Position numbers and translations under genes: made by a program. A stretch of DNA of 64,000 nucleotides from Octopus vulgaris (Eukaryota): NCBI GenBank assembly GCA_951406725.2, contig OX597818.1, positions 82,708,001-82,772,000 of the forward strand, given 5' to 3'. The notes below the pieces were generated by a model, which did no database searches, was not told the origin of the DNA, and saw nothing but the letters and a program-made list of their open reading frames with translations. Positions 1-11,549 of this stretch are shown here, piece by piece; within the stretch, counting starts at the first letter, position 1; each line of letters opens with the position of its first letter.

Positions 1-997
1 TATATTTCTACATATACATTAGGAAAAACCTTCGACTTTGTTTATTTCATGTTATTGTATTGTATAGGATTACCTCGATTTTTAATTTATAGATGATCCA
101 AAATAGGGTGTTATATTTTATTTTATATGTCTTTCGTATATATTTTTTATTATTGCACTCACTTTTTTTTAAAAAAGCAATGTTGTCAAAAATTTGAATT
201 TTGATATAAGTATGTGTATAGCCATGGATATGTATTTGTAAGCATGCGTATCTGTGTATGTTTAAGTGAGCGTATGTTTGTGCTTAAGCACACATATACA
301 CGACTGTATGTGTATGTATCCATTCGAACTTGTGTATTTGTATACTTGTCTCTATATATGTCAATAATGCGGTTACACAGCTTGTGTACACAATTTTTCT
401 TATTTGGTTTTTTTCCCCACCCCTTCTTTTTCTTTTTTCCTTCCCCTTCTTCGTTCCTTTTTCTCTCTCTTCCTTTCTTTCGTTTTTTTCTCTAACTGAT
501 ACTGATACAACTTTACGTCCCCCTTACTTAAGCTTTACTCAGTATATGAGAATCGCTACATCGATGATTTTAACTTGCGTGCGAGATAAATTGCGTGCAT
601 ATATGTACGCATGCATTTATGTGTATATTTTATATTTATATTTATACGTCTGTATACGTATGGCGTTTGCACGCATCCTTCTGTGTATGTTGATATATAT
701 ATGTACACTTTAATATAAATATGTATTGCAGTGTAATATTTATAATAGGTTTTAATTTCTATGCATTAATTATACTTTCTTCATTAACGTCAATATGTAT
801 TTTATGCAATGTAAGGTTTTTTCCTCGAATTTTATAATTTTTATAATCTTTTATATATATATACATATATTTTCAAGCTTTTTTTGTTTATCGCTCGAAG
901 ATTGACCGTTATTTCTAAAGGGCCAATCAAACAAGTCCATTTTTTTTAAAAAGTGTAGCGTTTGTAAGAGTCTAGATTGAATTGATATATCGGTTCC

Positions 998-1060
998 ATT
1001 CTAGCAAAAACTGTCTGATGAACGGCAACGAGAAACTTAGAGTAACAGATTTTGTTGAAT
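998..1060 (+). ncRNA. Putative type I hammerhead ribozyme (minimal, Penelope/retrozyme-like)
   Basis: Stem I CTGT 1011-1014 / ACAG 1045-1048, extendable with mismatches to ~998/1060; CTGATGA 1015-1021; stem II ACG-GCAA-CGA with an A.A mismatch at its base; GAAA 1032-1035; short stem III CT-TAG-AG; GTA cleavage triplet 1042-1044; AATAAA at 1075-1080 then (TA)n. Confidence 0.6.
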
Positions 1061-1080
1061 TTTCTGCTGCTTTAAATAAA

Positions 1081-1128
<48 letters not shown>

Positions 1129-1421
1129 ATGTGTTCGCACATGCGTATGTTAATGTGCATGTGTGTGTATGTATTGGCGTCATAAGTACCTTTTATATAT
1201 ATAATAATAATGATAACAATATTAATAATAATTATAATGATAATAATAAATTTTGGGAGAAAGTGAAGTGATTCTGTTTGGAAGACAGGATGTCGAAGTA
1301 CATAAAACTGGTAGTAGTAAAGGTATAAGGAAATCGAAAAAGTCGAAGGGTAACTTCAACATTTGCTATCGAAAAAACTTCATCAATCCAGAAGTTACAT
1401 ACTATTGCTTATGGTTTTGCG

Positions 1422-1628
1422 TAAGACGGCGAGATGGCATAACAGTTAGCATGTCTGGCTAAATGCTTAGCGGCATTCCGTCAGTGTTTACGTTCTGCTT
1501 TCAAATTCCTCCTGCAATCGACTTTGCATTTTATCATTTCGGGGTAGATAAAACAAATATCACTAGGGTCGATGTAATCGACTCACCCCACCTCCAAAAT
1601 AGCTGTCTGTGTGCCAAAGTTCGAAATC
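1422..1628 (+). mobile_element. SINE family B, degenerate copy
   Basis: Colinear with the better copies at 32264-32496 and 35477-35875 (GGCGAG.TGGCA...TTCAAATTCC...TCGACTTTGC.TTT.ATC.TTTCGGGGT.GATAAA). Confidence 0.75.
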
Positions 1629-1989
1629 ATTATTTATGGTTTTGCATTCTTCAATACCCACATATATATCCGAATATATATAAATTCAAATATACATAAA
1701 TTTTATAAAGCGATGTTTTTTTAACGCAAAAACAACTTTTTTTAAATTTCCGTGTGACTCAACTGTTATCGCCTTCAAATGTAAAAGCTTGTTCTCCTTT
1801 GAAGTCCCTGATTGAGACTTTGGCACTGCTTGTACTTATTTAATCAACTGATGGTTGCTTTAATGACACCGCAATGACAGAGGGCAAAGTCGGCGAAATT
1901 TGAATACAGAATGCATAGACGAACGAACTAATGCTAAGATATTAGTCCATTGTGCATACGGTTTTATAACCTTAATTATAATAATAATA

Positions 1990-2020
1990 ACTAGCAATGC
2001 ATTTCGGTGTTGCTCGGGTG
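1990..2020 (-). mobile_element. Possible Helitron-type 3' terminus
   Basis: Minus strand reads degenerate GC hairpin (CCCGAGCAACACCGAA), ~8 nt spacer, then CTAG|T. Confidence 0.35.
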
Positions 2021-2116
2021 TTATGACCTACACGCACATTGTATTATTTGCTCCTTTCTTATGGACTGCATTGACACAGCTGATTTATGGTTAATGGAAT
2101 AGTGGAAGTTAAGAAA

Positions 2117-2299
2117 ATTCTAACTGGGCCCCACCTGCAAGGTCATATGCTGTTTATCTTGATATGAGATCACCATGTCGCGCACATACGGTTGTGATGC
2201 ATGTGTCTAGTGTATCCTTATCAGACGGTAGTCATGATGGGTATACTGGGCTTCGTATATTTACCCCAGTGTCACTTTGATGGCATGCACTGCTCTCTC

Positions 2300-2300
<1 letters not shown>
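2117..2300 (+). mobile_element. 3' part of non-autonomous element E, running into (TAA)n
   Basis: Reverse complement recurs at ~47197-47385 (GTGCATGCCATCAAAGTGACACTGGGGTAAA...); followed by (TAA)n at 2303-2401. Confidence 0.7.
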
Positions 2301-2302
<2 letters not shown>

Positions 2303-2376
<74 letters not shown>

Positions 2377-2401
2377 TAATAATAATGATAATAATAATAA
2401 T
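2303..2401. repeat. (TAA)n microsatellite
   Basis: Direct reading. Confidence 0.95.
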
Positions 2402-2832
2402 AGTCTATTCTTTATTGGCCACTTGAGCCAAATATATAATCAGAAAGTTGCTGTACAGCACAAAGGACAAGGGAGGAATTCATTAACTAGCGCTTAAATA
2501 TAAGAAACCAGAACAAAGAATGGACAACTAGTAAATGCAATAAAGATGCACGAAAACAACAAGTGTTGTATCTATACAAAATAGTGATGAAATTCAAAGA
2601 AGAAACAGAATATACGGGTACAAAAATGATAAAATATATAAAAACATGAAGCAAAATTACAAACCAGAAGAATAAATGCAGAAAAAACCACGCCATGGCC
2701 AATGCCCTTAAAGGCTCAATAAAGAAGAAATATGTGAAAGTGAACGTCAACAGTTGTTCAAAATCTCCGCCGAAAAGCAAAGACAGAGGGCTTGTTCCTT
2801 GCAGCACAAGATTAATGTCTAGGCTAGATAAG

Positions 2833-3202
2833 AAAAAGAGCACTCAGAGAGTGCAAACCCCCACCATGGCAACACCAACGTCATCTCAACGATTAGCTGG
2901 ATACTCTTTTTAAAATGAGAATATCTAAAATAAACTCGACTGCTCTCACAAACGAGTATACTAAAGACGTACCCGACCGCTCTTAAAAATTAATTTAAAA
3001 AAACGGAAAAATAATCCAGAATCTTTGTCCGGTTTCTTACCGCTTCCAAAATCTAATCAGCCCGTGCCAGTCATGAGGCCAAACATCCCTGTAAGTTTCA
3101 TTCGATTCCATTCAGCGGTTCTTGAGATATCTTGTCCACTGACAAACAAGCAAATAAACACGACTGAAAACAATACCTCCGCCTTAGCGAAAGCGGAGGT
3201 AA
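2833..3202 (-). mobile_element. HINE/DINE-1-like Helentron-associated non-autonomous element
   Basis: Minus-strand start TTACCTCCGC...GCGGAGGTA hairpin (3174-3201); other end has a degenerate subterminal IR plus stem-loop GCACTC-AGA-GAGTGC (2840-2854) followed by T-rich flank. Confidence 0.7.
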
Positions 3203-3214
3203 GAAAACGATGGA

Positions 3215-3740
3215 AAGGGATTCTTACACTAAGTGTAGAATCTGCAGCTAGCAAAGCGTGACAGTTGACTAAATCGTCTTTGATGCCCAGTCTTTCCCTA
3301 TACACAGGCAGATCCTGTTGGCATTTACGTCCACTGGGCAATATGTCATTTGAAAATTACTACACGTCCGTATCTAGTAGGTTACATGCCAACGATTTGG
3401 TATGTCACCGAGATATGCCCATACAAATTGACAAAGAATTCAAGGAAAAACGCCCAAACATAATAATTATTGGATGGAAAATAACACATGCACATGACAC
3501 GTGTCGTAAGCACTGAAGAAAATATTGCTTGAATAGGAGTGAATTAACTATCAAAATACAGGGACCTTCAAAAGCGAAATTTTTAAAATGTGGGACGTGA
3601 AGGTGAAAATGATACTACTAGTATTTGGAGCATTACGCGTAATGAAGAAGAAATATGAAAGGAAACACAGAGACCATATAAGGCTGACAAATTTACACAC
3701 TATCGCTCCCCCAAATAGCTCTGTTAGGATAAGCCAGCAT
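3215..3740 (+). mobile_element. Decayed RLE non-LTR retrotransposon 3' region (R4/Dong-like)
   Basis: KCRICS zinc-knuckle remnant, RDMPIQIDKEFKEKRPNIIII (RPD motif region), SKYRDL, MWDVKVKMILLVFGAL; stops and frameshifts. Confidence 0.65.
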
Positions 3741-3814
3741 CATGCGCAAGTCGCTATTAATTTAATAGAATAGCTCAAATATAACAAATTTAACACACAA
3801 GATACACGCTAATA

Positions 3815-4226
3815 ACCCTTTCTACAATTGGCACAAGACCTGAAATATATGAGATGGGGGTCAAAGCGATTTCATCGACTGCAGTGCTCAACAGGTACTT
3901 ATTTTATAGCGCACGAAAGAATAAAAGGCAAAATCGACCGCGCCGGAATTTGAACTCAGTACGTAAAGACAGACGAAATGCCGCCAAGCATTTTTGTCGT
4001 CGTGTTAACCATTCCGCCTTAGGATACACAGTAACTATCCTTTCTGTTATAGGCACAAGGGTTGAAATTTTGGAGCGGAAGCGGGGATATGTCGATTCCA
4101 ACGACCCCAGGGCGTAACTGGTACTTTTTACACCGACCTCGAAAGGATGACGAGCAAAGTCGACCTCGGCGGAATTTGAACTCAGAACGTAGCATTTAGA
4201 CCGGCGAGCTTACGATTCTGCCAGCT
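3815..4226 (-). mobile_element. Two tandem SINE-B copies
   Basis: Two successive ~200-bp units, each with GGAATTTGAACTCAG and the AGGCACAAG tail (~3815-4020, ~4036-4226). Confidence 0.85.
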
Positions 4227-4489
4227 CTGAGAATCAAGAAACTAAATTCGTAACAAAATAAAATTGTGCAGTAAACCAACAGGAGAAATCTATAGTTTCT
4301 ACAATCTCCGAAAATAAAATAAGGGCACCAAGTCACACCGCATCAGAGGAACATGGAGTTCCTCTAAATGGTGTCGGAGACTAGTAAATTTGCACGAAAC
4401 TATATCACTGTCACCTCCAAAATCAATAAAGGATGGCCACCTTTGTAACCTTTTGACCATATATCTGGCCAGTAAGACCTGTTGTGTGG

Positions 4490-4870
4490 TTGATCATCAT
4501 CATGATCATGTACCTCGTCGACATCATCATCGTCATCATCATCATCATCATCATCGACGTCGTCGTCTTCGTCGTCGTCGTCGTCATCATCATTATCACC
4601 ACCTGTAGCATTTTATCACTATTGCAACCCCCTCAGTGGTAGCCACTACCAGCACCACTACCAGCAGCGCCACTACCACCACCTCAGGAACAATATCAAA
4701 AACTAAAACAACAATTAATATCACCAGTACCTGCAGTAGCAGCAGCAGCAGCACCACCACCACCACCACCATCACGACAACACGATGATAAGACGACTAC
4801 CATCAGCACCATCACTATCACTACTACTATCACTTCCACTTTCACAACACTCACCTCTAACACCACAATT

Positions 4871-4904
<34 letters not shown>

Positions 4905-5400
4905 GCTACTAACATCACCAGCACCCCTACATTCATCACCACTAACTACCTCCAGAACCACCACCACCAATACCCCCACGAACACAACAGCAACAACCAC
5001 TACCACCACCACCAACAACAACAGCAACAACCACTACCACCAACACCAACACCAACAGAACAGCAACAACCACTATCACCACCACCACCAACAACAACAA
5101 CACAACAGCAACCACTATCAACACCCCATCTCCACCAAAACAATAACAGCAACCACTACTACCACCGCCACTGCCAACACAACAGCAAACAATACCACTA
5201 TCACCACAACTATCATCACCACGACTAACACCACAGCCACCACAATTACAGTCTTCACCATCACAACCACTGCAACGTCGACGACGACCTCCACCACCAA
5301 AGCGACAATAAGAACAGCAACAACAACGATAGCCGGTACCACCACCGTTACCAACACACGTACAACATCAACAACCGCAACGACAACCACTTCAAGTGTA
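4490..5400. repeat. Compound (CAT/CAC/CAA)n low-complexity tract
   Basis: Direct reading. Confidence 0.9.
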
Positions 5401-5622
5401 CTTCTACTGTGACTACATTACCTCCTCCTTCTCCTCCCCTCCTCCTCTTTCACCTCTTCCCCCAGTCACCCCTCCCACCCCTCATTACCACAATTATATT
5501 GAAGCCTTCTCTTTATTGCTATTAATGGCTCGGTTAGTTTCGCACATAAACATTTCACACAGGAAGTAAATGTGTGCCGAGGCATGACGGACTTGCTGAC
5601 TTAAACTACTGTAAAAGGTAGA

Positions 5623-5719
5623 GATGGTGGTGGTGATGATGATGATGATGATGACGATGATGATGATGATGATGATGATTATTGATGATGATGATTATGA
5701 TGATGATGAGGATGGTGAA

Positions 5720-5750
<31 letters not shown>

Positions 5751-6115
5751 ATTGATGATGATGATGATGATGAGGATGGTGGTGATAATGATGGTGGTGA
5801 TAATGGTGATGGTGACGTTGATGGTGTTGATGGGGAAAGCGATGATGATGACGATGATAGTGGTCGTGATGATGATCGTGGTGGTGAAGGCGATGATGAC
5901 GAGGGTGGTGGTGATGATGATTACAATGCTGTTGCTACTGCTGCTTCTGTCGCAGCTGCTGCTGCTGATGGTGGTAGTGTTTATGATGATGATGATCATG
6001 GTGGTGGATGTGGTAGTGACGTAGGTGATGATAATGGCGGCAGCGGTGGTAGTGGTTACGATGATGGTGGTGGTTGTAGTTGTATTAGTTGTTGTCGTGG
6101 TGTTGGTGGTGGTAG
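5623..6115. repeat. Compound (GAT/GGT)n low-complexity tract
   Basis: Direct reading. Confidence 0.9.
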
Positions 6116-6458
6116 ACGCTAAAGGAAAGCGGCTCCTTTCTTTCTTGTAAACGATCGCTCCAAACCTCAACGTCATCATTCCACATAACGAATCCGAAGC
6201 ACTTAATCTCAGTTTGGAAATAAACGTCCGGAGATCGAATCCAGTTGAATATCTAAACTTCATTTTCATCATCGTTATAAACCGTAGTCGATAAAATGAA
6301 ATGCCATTCTTGTGCTGTGTTCGATATACAATAATCATTCGATTCTTCGACTATCGCGGGTGTTACGTCCATCCCTCCCCCGCGATACGTGAGAATCTGC
6401 GGAGCAGAAACAATACTGTACTGCTTATATTTTTTATTATTCTTGTATTTTGTATATA

Positions 6459-6690
6459 TTGGGTTGGTGCATAATTATTGCGGCTTTTTTTTTTTTTCAA
6501 CAAATTTTATTCAATAAAATTTAACAAACATCTTTAAATGACGGTCTGATTATCTGCCAAGCAAATAGGAAGCAGTAATTGAAGTAGATGGTGAATATGC
6601 TCCGAATAATCACTTAAAGATGTTTTGTAACGTGTTATTGTTGAATAAAATTTGCTGAAAAAATGCCGCAATAGTTATACACCAGCCCAA
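6459..6690 (+). mobile_element. Mariner-derived MITE
   Basis: TA flanks (6457-58, 6691-92); TIR TTGGGTTGGTGCATAATTATTGCGGC / GCCGCAATAGTTATACACCAGCCCAA; internal remnant YLPSK*EAVIEVDGEYAP resembles a mariner transposase C-terminus. Confidence 0.85.
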
Positions 6691-6796
6691 TATTTATTTT
6701 ATTATAAATGCAAAGCAACACCGCACACTCGCCTCCCGAGTTTCAGTTTTACAGACAGTATGTGCCATTCTTTGTTACTCAACTACAGTACACTAC

Positions 6797-7915
6797 GTGG
6801 ATCTTTTCCTTTTGGTGGACGGAATTCAACATAACTTCTAGTTAACTAAACAATTTGAAACTTCGTATACTGGTAGAATGTGTCAAAAGAAAACATTATT
6901 TTCACTTGGCTTTTTTGAGAAAATTGTAAATTGTAAGTTTCACGTAGTTTAATTTTTCGAATTCTAACCAATCATATGCTCTCTTTTGAGCTCAAATCAT
7001 TTGCTGCGTTATCGATATTGATAAACAAACGAGGAGATACAAACACTTGCATATACAAGCGCGCCTGCATATAGAAGTAAATATACATACACACGCACAC
7101 ATGCACACACAGACAAGTATACATATACATACATAAAGATACATGCTTATACGCATATACGCACGCCGCATACACACAAACACACACATATATTCAGATA
7201 CATACACACGTACACTTGCACACACACACACTCTCTCTCTCTCTTTCAAACACATGCATATACATTTGCACAAGCACATAGTAATTAATATATAAGCGTA
7301 CATACACATACAAACGTACACACACATACAAACGGAGATATACATACACACACATACGCACACAAGCATACATATACGTTCGTGAGTTCGCACTGGTGTC
7401 GATAGAATCGACTTAATACTTTTGTATCTCATGCTTTGTCCCCTCTGTGTTTTGCCCCTTGCCGGAACAAATTTACACAAAAGGTAATAAACCAGAAAGG
7501 GGGGGGGTCAATGTTTCATCGCTTCGGGGTCGATAAATTAAGTACCAATTACGCACTGGTGTCGAGGATTTTTTCCCAATTTATATCACAGCCTCCGACA
7601 AGCTTTTATGAAAAAATATTTTGCAAATTTTTACAATACGACCCACACTCCACGCGTAACCTCATATCCCACTCTAGACCAATTTAGGCATATTATTGTT
7701 TTGTTTTTGTTGTTTTTGGTCCTTCAAAACCATGGGAGAAGCCTTTTCGGTAAAAAAAGATAAGAAAATATTCAAAAAATATCGTTAATATTTTTATTGG
7801 GCGACGAAATTCATCGATTTAAGAGATATGCTGTTATTTCTAGCCTCCTCTTTTGTTTATCAATATCGATAACGCAGCAAGTGCGGAGACAGACAGAAGA
7901 GAGAAGGATGAATAA

Positions 7916-7959
<44 letters not shown>

Positions 7960-8206
7960 CTGTTTACGTTGTAACAAGATGTCTGAGTTTTTAGACGCAG
8001 TAAATTATTTGAGCTCAAATGCTGGCAATTCATTGGTTAAAATTCGAAGAATTAAACTACGTTAAACTTACAAATTACAAATTTATCAAAAAAGCCAAGT
8101 GAAAATAATGTTTTCTTTTGACACGTTCTACCAGTATACGAAGTTTCAAATTGTTTAGTTAACTAGAAATTGCGTTGAATTCCGTCCATCAAAACGAAAA
8201 GATCCC
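6797..8206. mobile_element. Non-autonomous DNA transposon with ~210-240-bp TIRs
   Basis: 6797-~7010 is the reverse complement of ~7995-8206; inner IR ~7004-7036 pairs with ~7845-7880; candidate TSD ACTAC (6792-96, 8207-11); interior holds microsatellite and SINE-B fragments. Confidence 0.85.
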
Positions 8207-8284
8207 ACTACCTATTTTCTTCTAATACATTTTAATTAATGTATTATACAATGAAGTACTGTACTGTATTTTTAATTTATTATT

Positions 8285-8567
8285 CTTTTATTCATTTAAT
8301 TGTTTCAGTTATTTAACTGCAGCCATGCTGGAGCACCGCCTTTAGTCGAGGAAATCGACCCCAGGATTTTTGTAAACCTAGAACTTATTCTATCGGCTAG
8401 ATTTGCCGAACCGCTAAGTTACGGGGACGTAGACACACCAGCATCGGTCGTCAAGCGATATTGGGGAGGGTGTAACAAATACAGACACATAAGCATATAT
8501 ACACACATACATACATACATACATACATACATACATACATACATACATACATACATACACACACACG

Positions 8568-8638
<71 letters not shown>

Positions 8639-8708
8639 GACGGGCTTCTTTTAGTTTCCGTCTACCGAATCCACTCACAAGGCTTTGGTCGGCCCGAGGC
8701 TATAGTAG
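8285..8708 (-). mobile_element. SINE family A, 5'-truncated
   Basis: GCCATGCTGGAGCACCGCCTTTAGTCGAG...GCCGAACCGCTAAGTTACGGGGACGTA; internal (CA)/(TACA) tract. Confidence 0.9.
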
Positions 8709-9136
8709 GGCGGGTTTCCTTCTGTCTGGCCGGTATGGTGTAAGATGTTACGTATTGGAAAAGACAGAATGGACTATAAGCAGTCTTCAGCCAGTTCCAT
8801 ACCGAAATTTTTCAAGTTCTATCTCGAAAAGAAACGTTAGGGTGGAGAGGAGGGCGCATTACTCTATTAAATTTCTTAAAAGATCTAAAAGATCGGGGAA
8901 TAATTGTTCGAATAGAGCACTTTATCGATGTAGTCAGGTTGACCTTAACTCTGAGGTTTCTTGATTGACCCTAAAACAGGCTCATTGCGGAGTCGTTTAC
9001 AACTAAATGTATTCATACACATATATACACATACAAACACATACATAAATACATACATACATACATACAGACAGACATACATACATACATACATACATAC
9101 ATACATACATACATACATAATACATACATACATACA

Positions 9137-9170
<34 letters not shown>

Positions 9171-9176
9171 CATACA

Positions 9177-9848
9177 ATGATTTGGGATAGAGAAGAGAAA
9201 CTGTGCACAGTTGTAGAAATTAGCTGCCCAGTGGATGATAACATAAAGCTGAAAATCAGTGAAAAAGATAATATCTATGCTGAAATATTGAGAAATCTAC
9301 AGTTACTCTATCCAGATTAGAAGTTCAGGTTTATACCTGTAATTATTGGGGCCCTGGGATATCTAACACATTGCCTAAATAGCAGTCTTGAGAAATTAGG
9401 CTTCTCAAAACCAGAAAGGAGAAAGCTAATTCTAAGGCTACTGATCCAATCCATCAGTGTAACTGTAAAAATCTGTAAAACTTGCCAGAAGTTTATCATT
9501 TAAATATATATGAGCATGTCACGATATGTAACTCTATACATAAGAATACATACATAAAGCATACAAATCTGCACATACATGCATACATACATACATACAT
9601 ACATACATACATACATACATACATACATACATACATACATACATACATACATACATACATACATACATACATACAAACACACATGCGTACATACATACAA
9701 ACACACAAACATATATACATACATATGTTACATACAAACAAAATACCCTGTTGTTGATGTTGAAATTCCAATAGAGGAACCTTGGATTTGGGTTAGACAC
9801 CGACTCTTTCTCTAATGGCAAGAAATCTTGAAATAAATTGAATAATGA
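9177..9848 (+). mobile_element. RLE non-LTR retrotransposon: endonuclease C-terminus and presumed 3' UTR
   Basis: MIWDREEKLCTVVEISCP...EKDNIY...PD*KFRFIPVIIGALG...KICKTCQKFII* (9177-~9502); downstream region interrupted by (TACA)n. Confidence 0.8.
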
Positions 9849-9869
9849 CACACCTACATACATACATAA

Positions 9870-10460
9870 CATCATAAGACTTGGAAGGAAGCTTCTTGCG
9901 CAACATTCTCTGTCTAATATCCTAGAATACATGCCCTAAGAAGTCGCCTGACTATACCGCAACGTATCATCAGATGAAAGGATGAGCCGATATGAACAGA
10001 AGACTATACATGGATATGTTACTAGAAGCTCCGTGATGATAGTAACATCAACTATTAAAGCAGTTTATCGTGGACCAATAACTGGATTACTACCTCCCAC
10101 TTTGAAGGGTACGTGTTTTTAATCCAGGAACAGGAAATATCAACCAAGTACCTGATGAACAAAAGGGATAAAGATGCAGGTAAACCGTAAAGTATGACAA
10201 CTGATGCAGAATTTATGGAGTTTTCACTACAGATATCGTCCACATCATAAGCAGTTGTCCGAAAATGTCATCACGGTTTTATCTACCGATGAGACATGAC
10301 GTTGTAGCTAGGACACTCTATAATGAAATACGGCGGAAGGATAATCCTGAGGACAAAGAAATAAGAACCTACTATATGGTAGAAGCCATAGCCACTCATA
10401 ATGCAAAAGTATACTGGTGGAATGTACCAGTCAAGACCGCAATAAAATGTAAACACACAG
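9870..10460 (+). mobile_element. RLE non-LTR retrotransposon: zinc-knuckle/RHD region
   Basis: FEGYVFLIQEQEISTKYL, CRIYG...HIISSCPKMS, RHDVVARTLY, YWWNVPVKTAIKCKH. Confidence 0.85.
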
Positions 10461-10713
10461 ACACAAAAAGATCTCCAAACCCCTACCCTACGCACACACA
10501 TATATACATACAAACATACATACATACATACATACATACATACATACATACATACATACATACATGCATACATATATATATATATATACATACATACATA
10601 CATATATATATACATATAATACTAATATAGGATAAAATTTTTTCCAGAAAAAATTTCATCAAAAGTGGCAGCATATTAAAATACCTTTAAAGGAGAAAAT
10701 TCTATTTATAAAC

Positions 10714-10833
10714 AGGGGCAAAAGAAAAAAATATTTCTACGCCAATATGCTGAGAACATATGAAATGTGGTGATTGACGATTTAAAGTTTGTTCTCAGCA
10801 TATTGTCATAGAAATATCTTTTCTTTTGCCCCT
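10714..10833. repeat. Inverted repeat with ~45-bp arms
   Basis: AGGGGCAAAAGAAAAAAATATTTCTACGCCAATATGCTGAGAACA / TGTTCTCAGCATATTGTCATAGAAATATCTTTTCTTTTGCCCCT. Confidence 0.85.
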
Positions 10834-10897
10834 CTAAATCCTTAAAAATGTTTAAGCACGAAGGCCGCTGCCATGCTGGGGCACCACCGCTATTTAT

Positions 10898-10938
<41 letters not shown>

Positions 10939-11042
10939 ATATATATCACATATGTCTAAATCCTTAAAATGTTTAAGCACGAGGCCGCTGCCATGCTGGA
11001 AGTTAGCAACCGCTATTTATAAATTCCTCTCTTCTCTCTCTT

Positions 11043-11106
<64 letters not shown>

Positions 11107-11116
11107 TGAGCACCGC

Positions 11117-11198
<82 letters not shown>

Positions 11199-11549
11199 AT
11201 ATATATGTCTGTATATATATATAACAATTGAAAGACAGAAGATGGAATATACGAGAATATATTATTAATCACACTAATTCTTTCGACACATCTAGCATCA
11301 ACTCCCCTTGTGAGACACAAAAACTAGTTCAGACGTATCTCGTCGAATGATAAATAAAAACAAATTCGTTAAAATGACTGTTTCATAAGGCAACTTTCCG
11401 TTTTGTAGAGAGAAAAACAGCCAGGCGCAGAAAAATTCTTCATATATATATATATATATGTAGATATAGATCCAAAAATAAAATTGTAGAAGACAAAAAG
11501 AGAAACGAACACTTAATCCACTTATTCGTTTCAAGAGTGAATCCAGCAA

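Noticed and set aside
893-940. Second hammerhead-like motif (CTCGAAGA-TTGACC...GGCCAATC-AAAC)
   Set aside because: Both catalytic cores are non-canonical and stem I is not evident
5679-6338. 219-aa minus ORF and Asp/Gly-rich plus ORF
   Set aside because: Open only because of trinucleotide repeats
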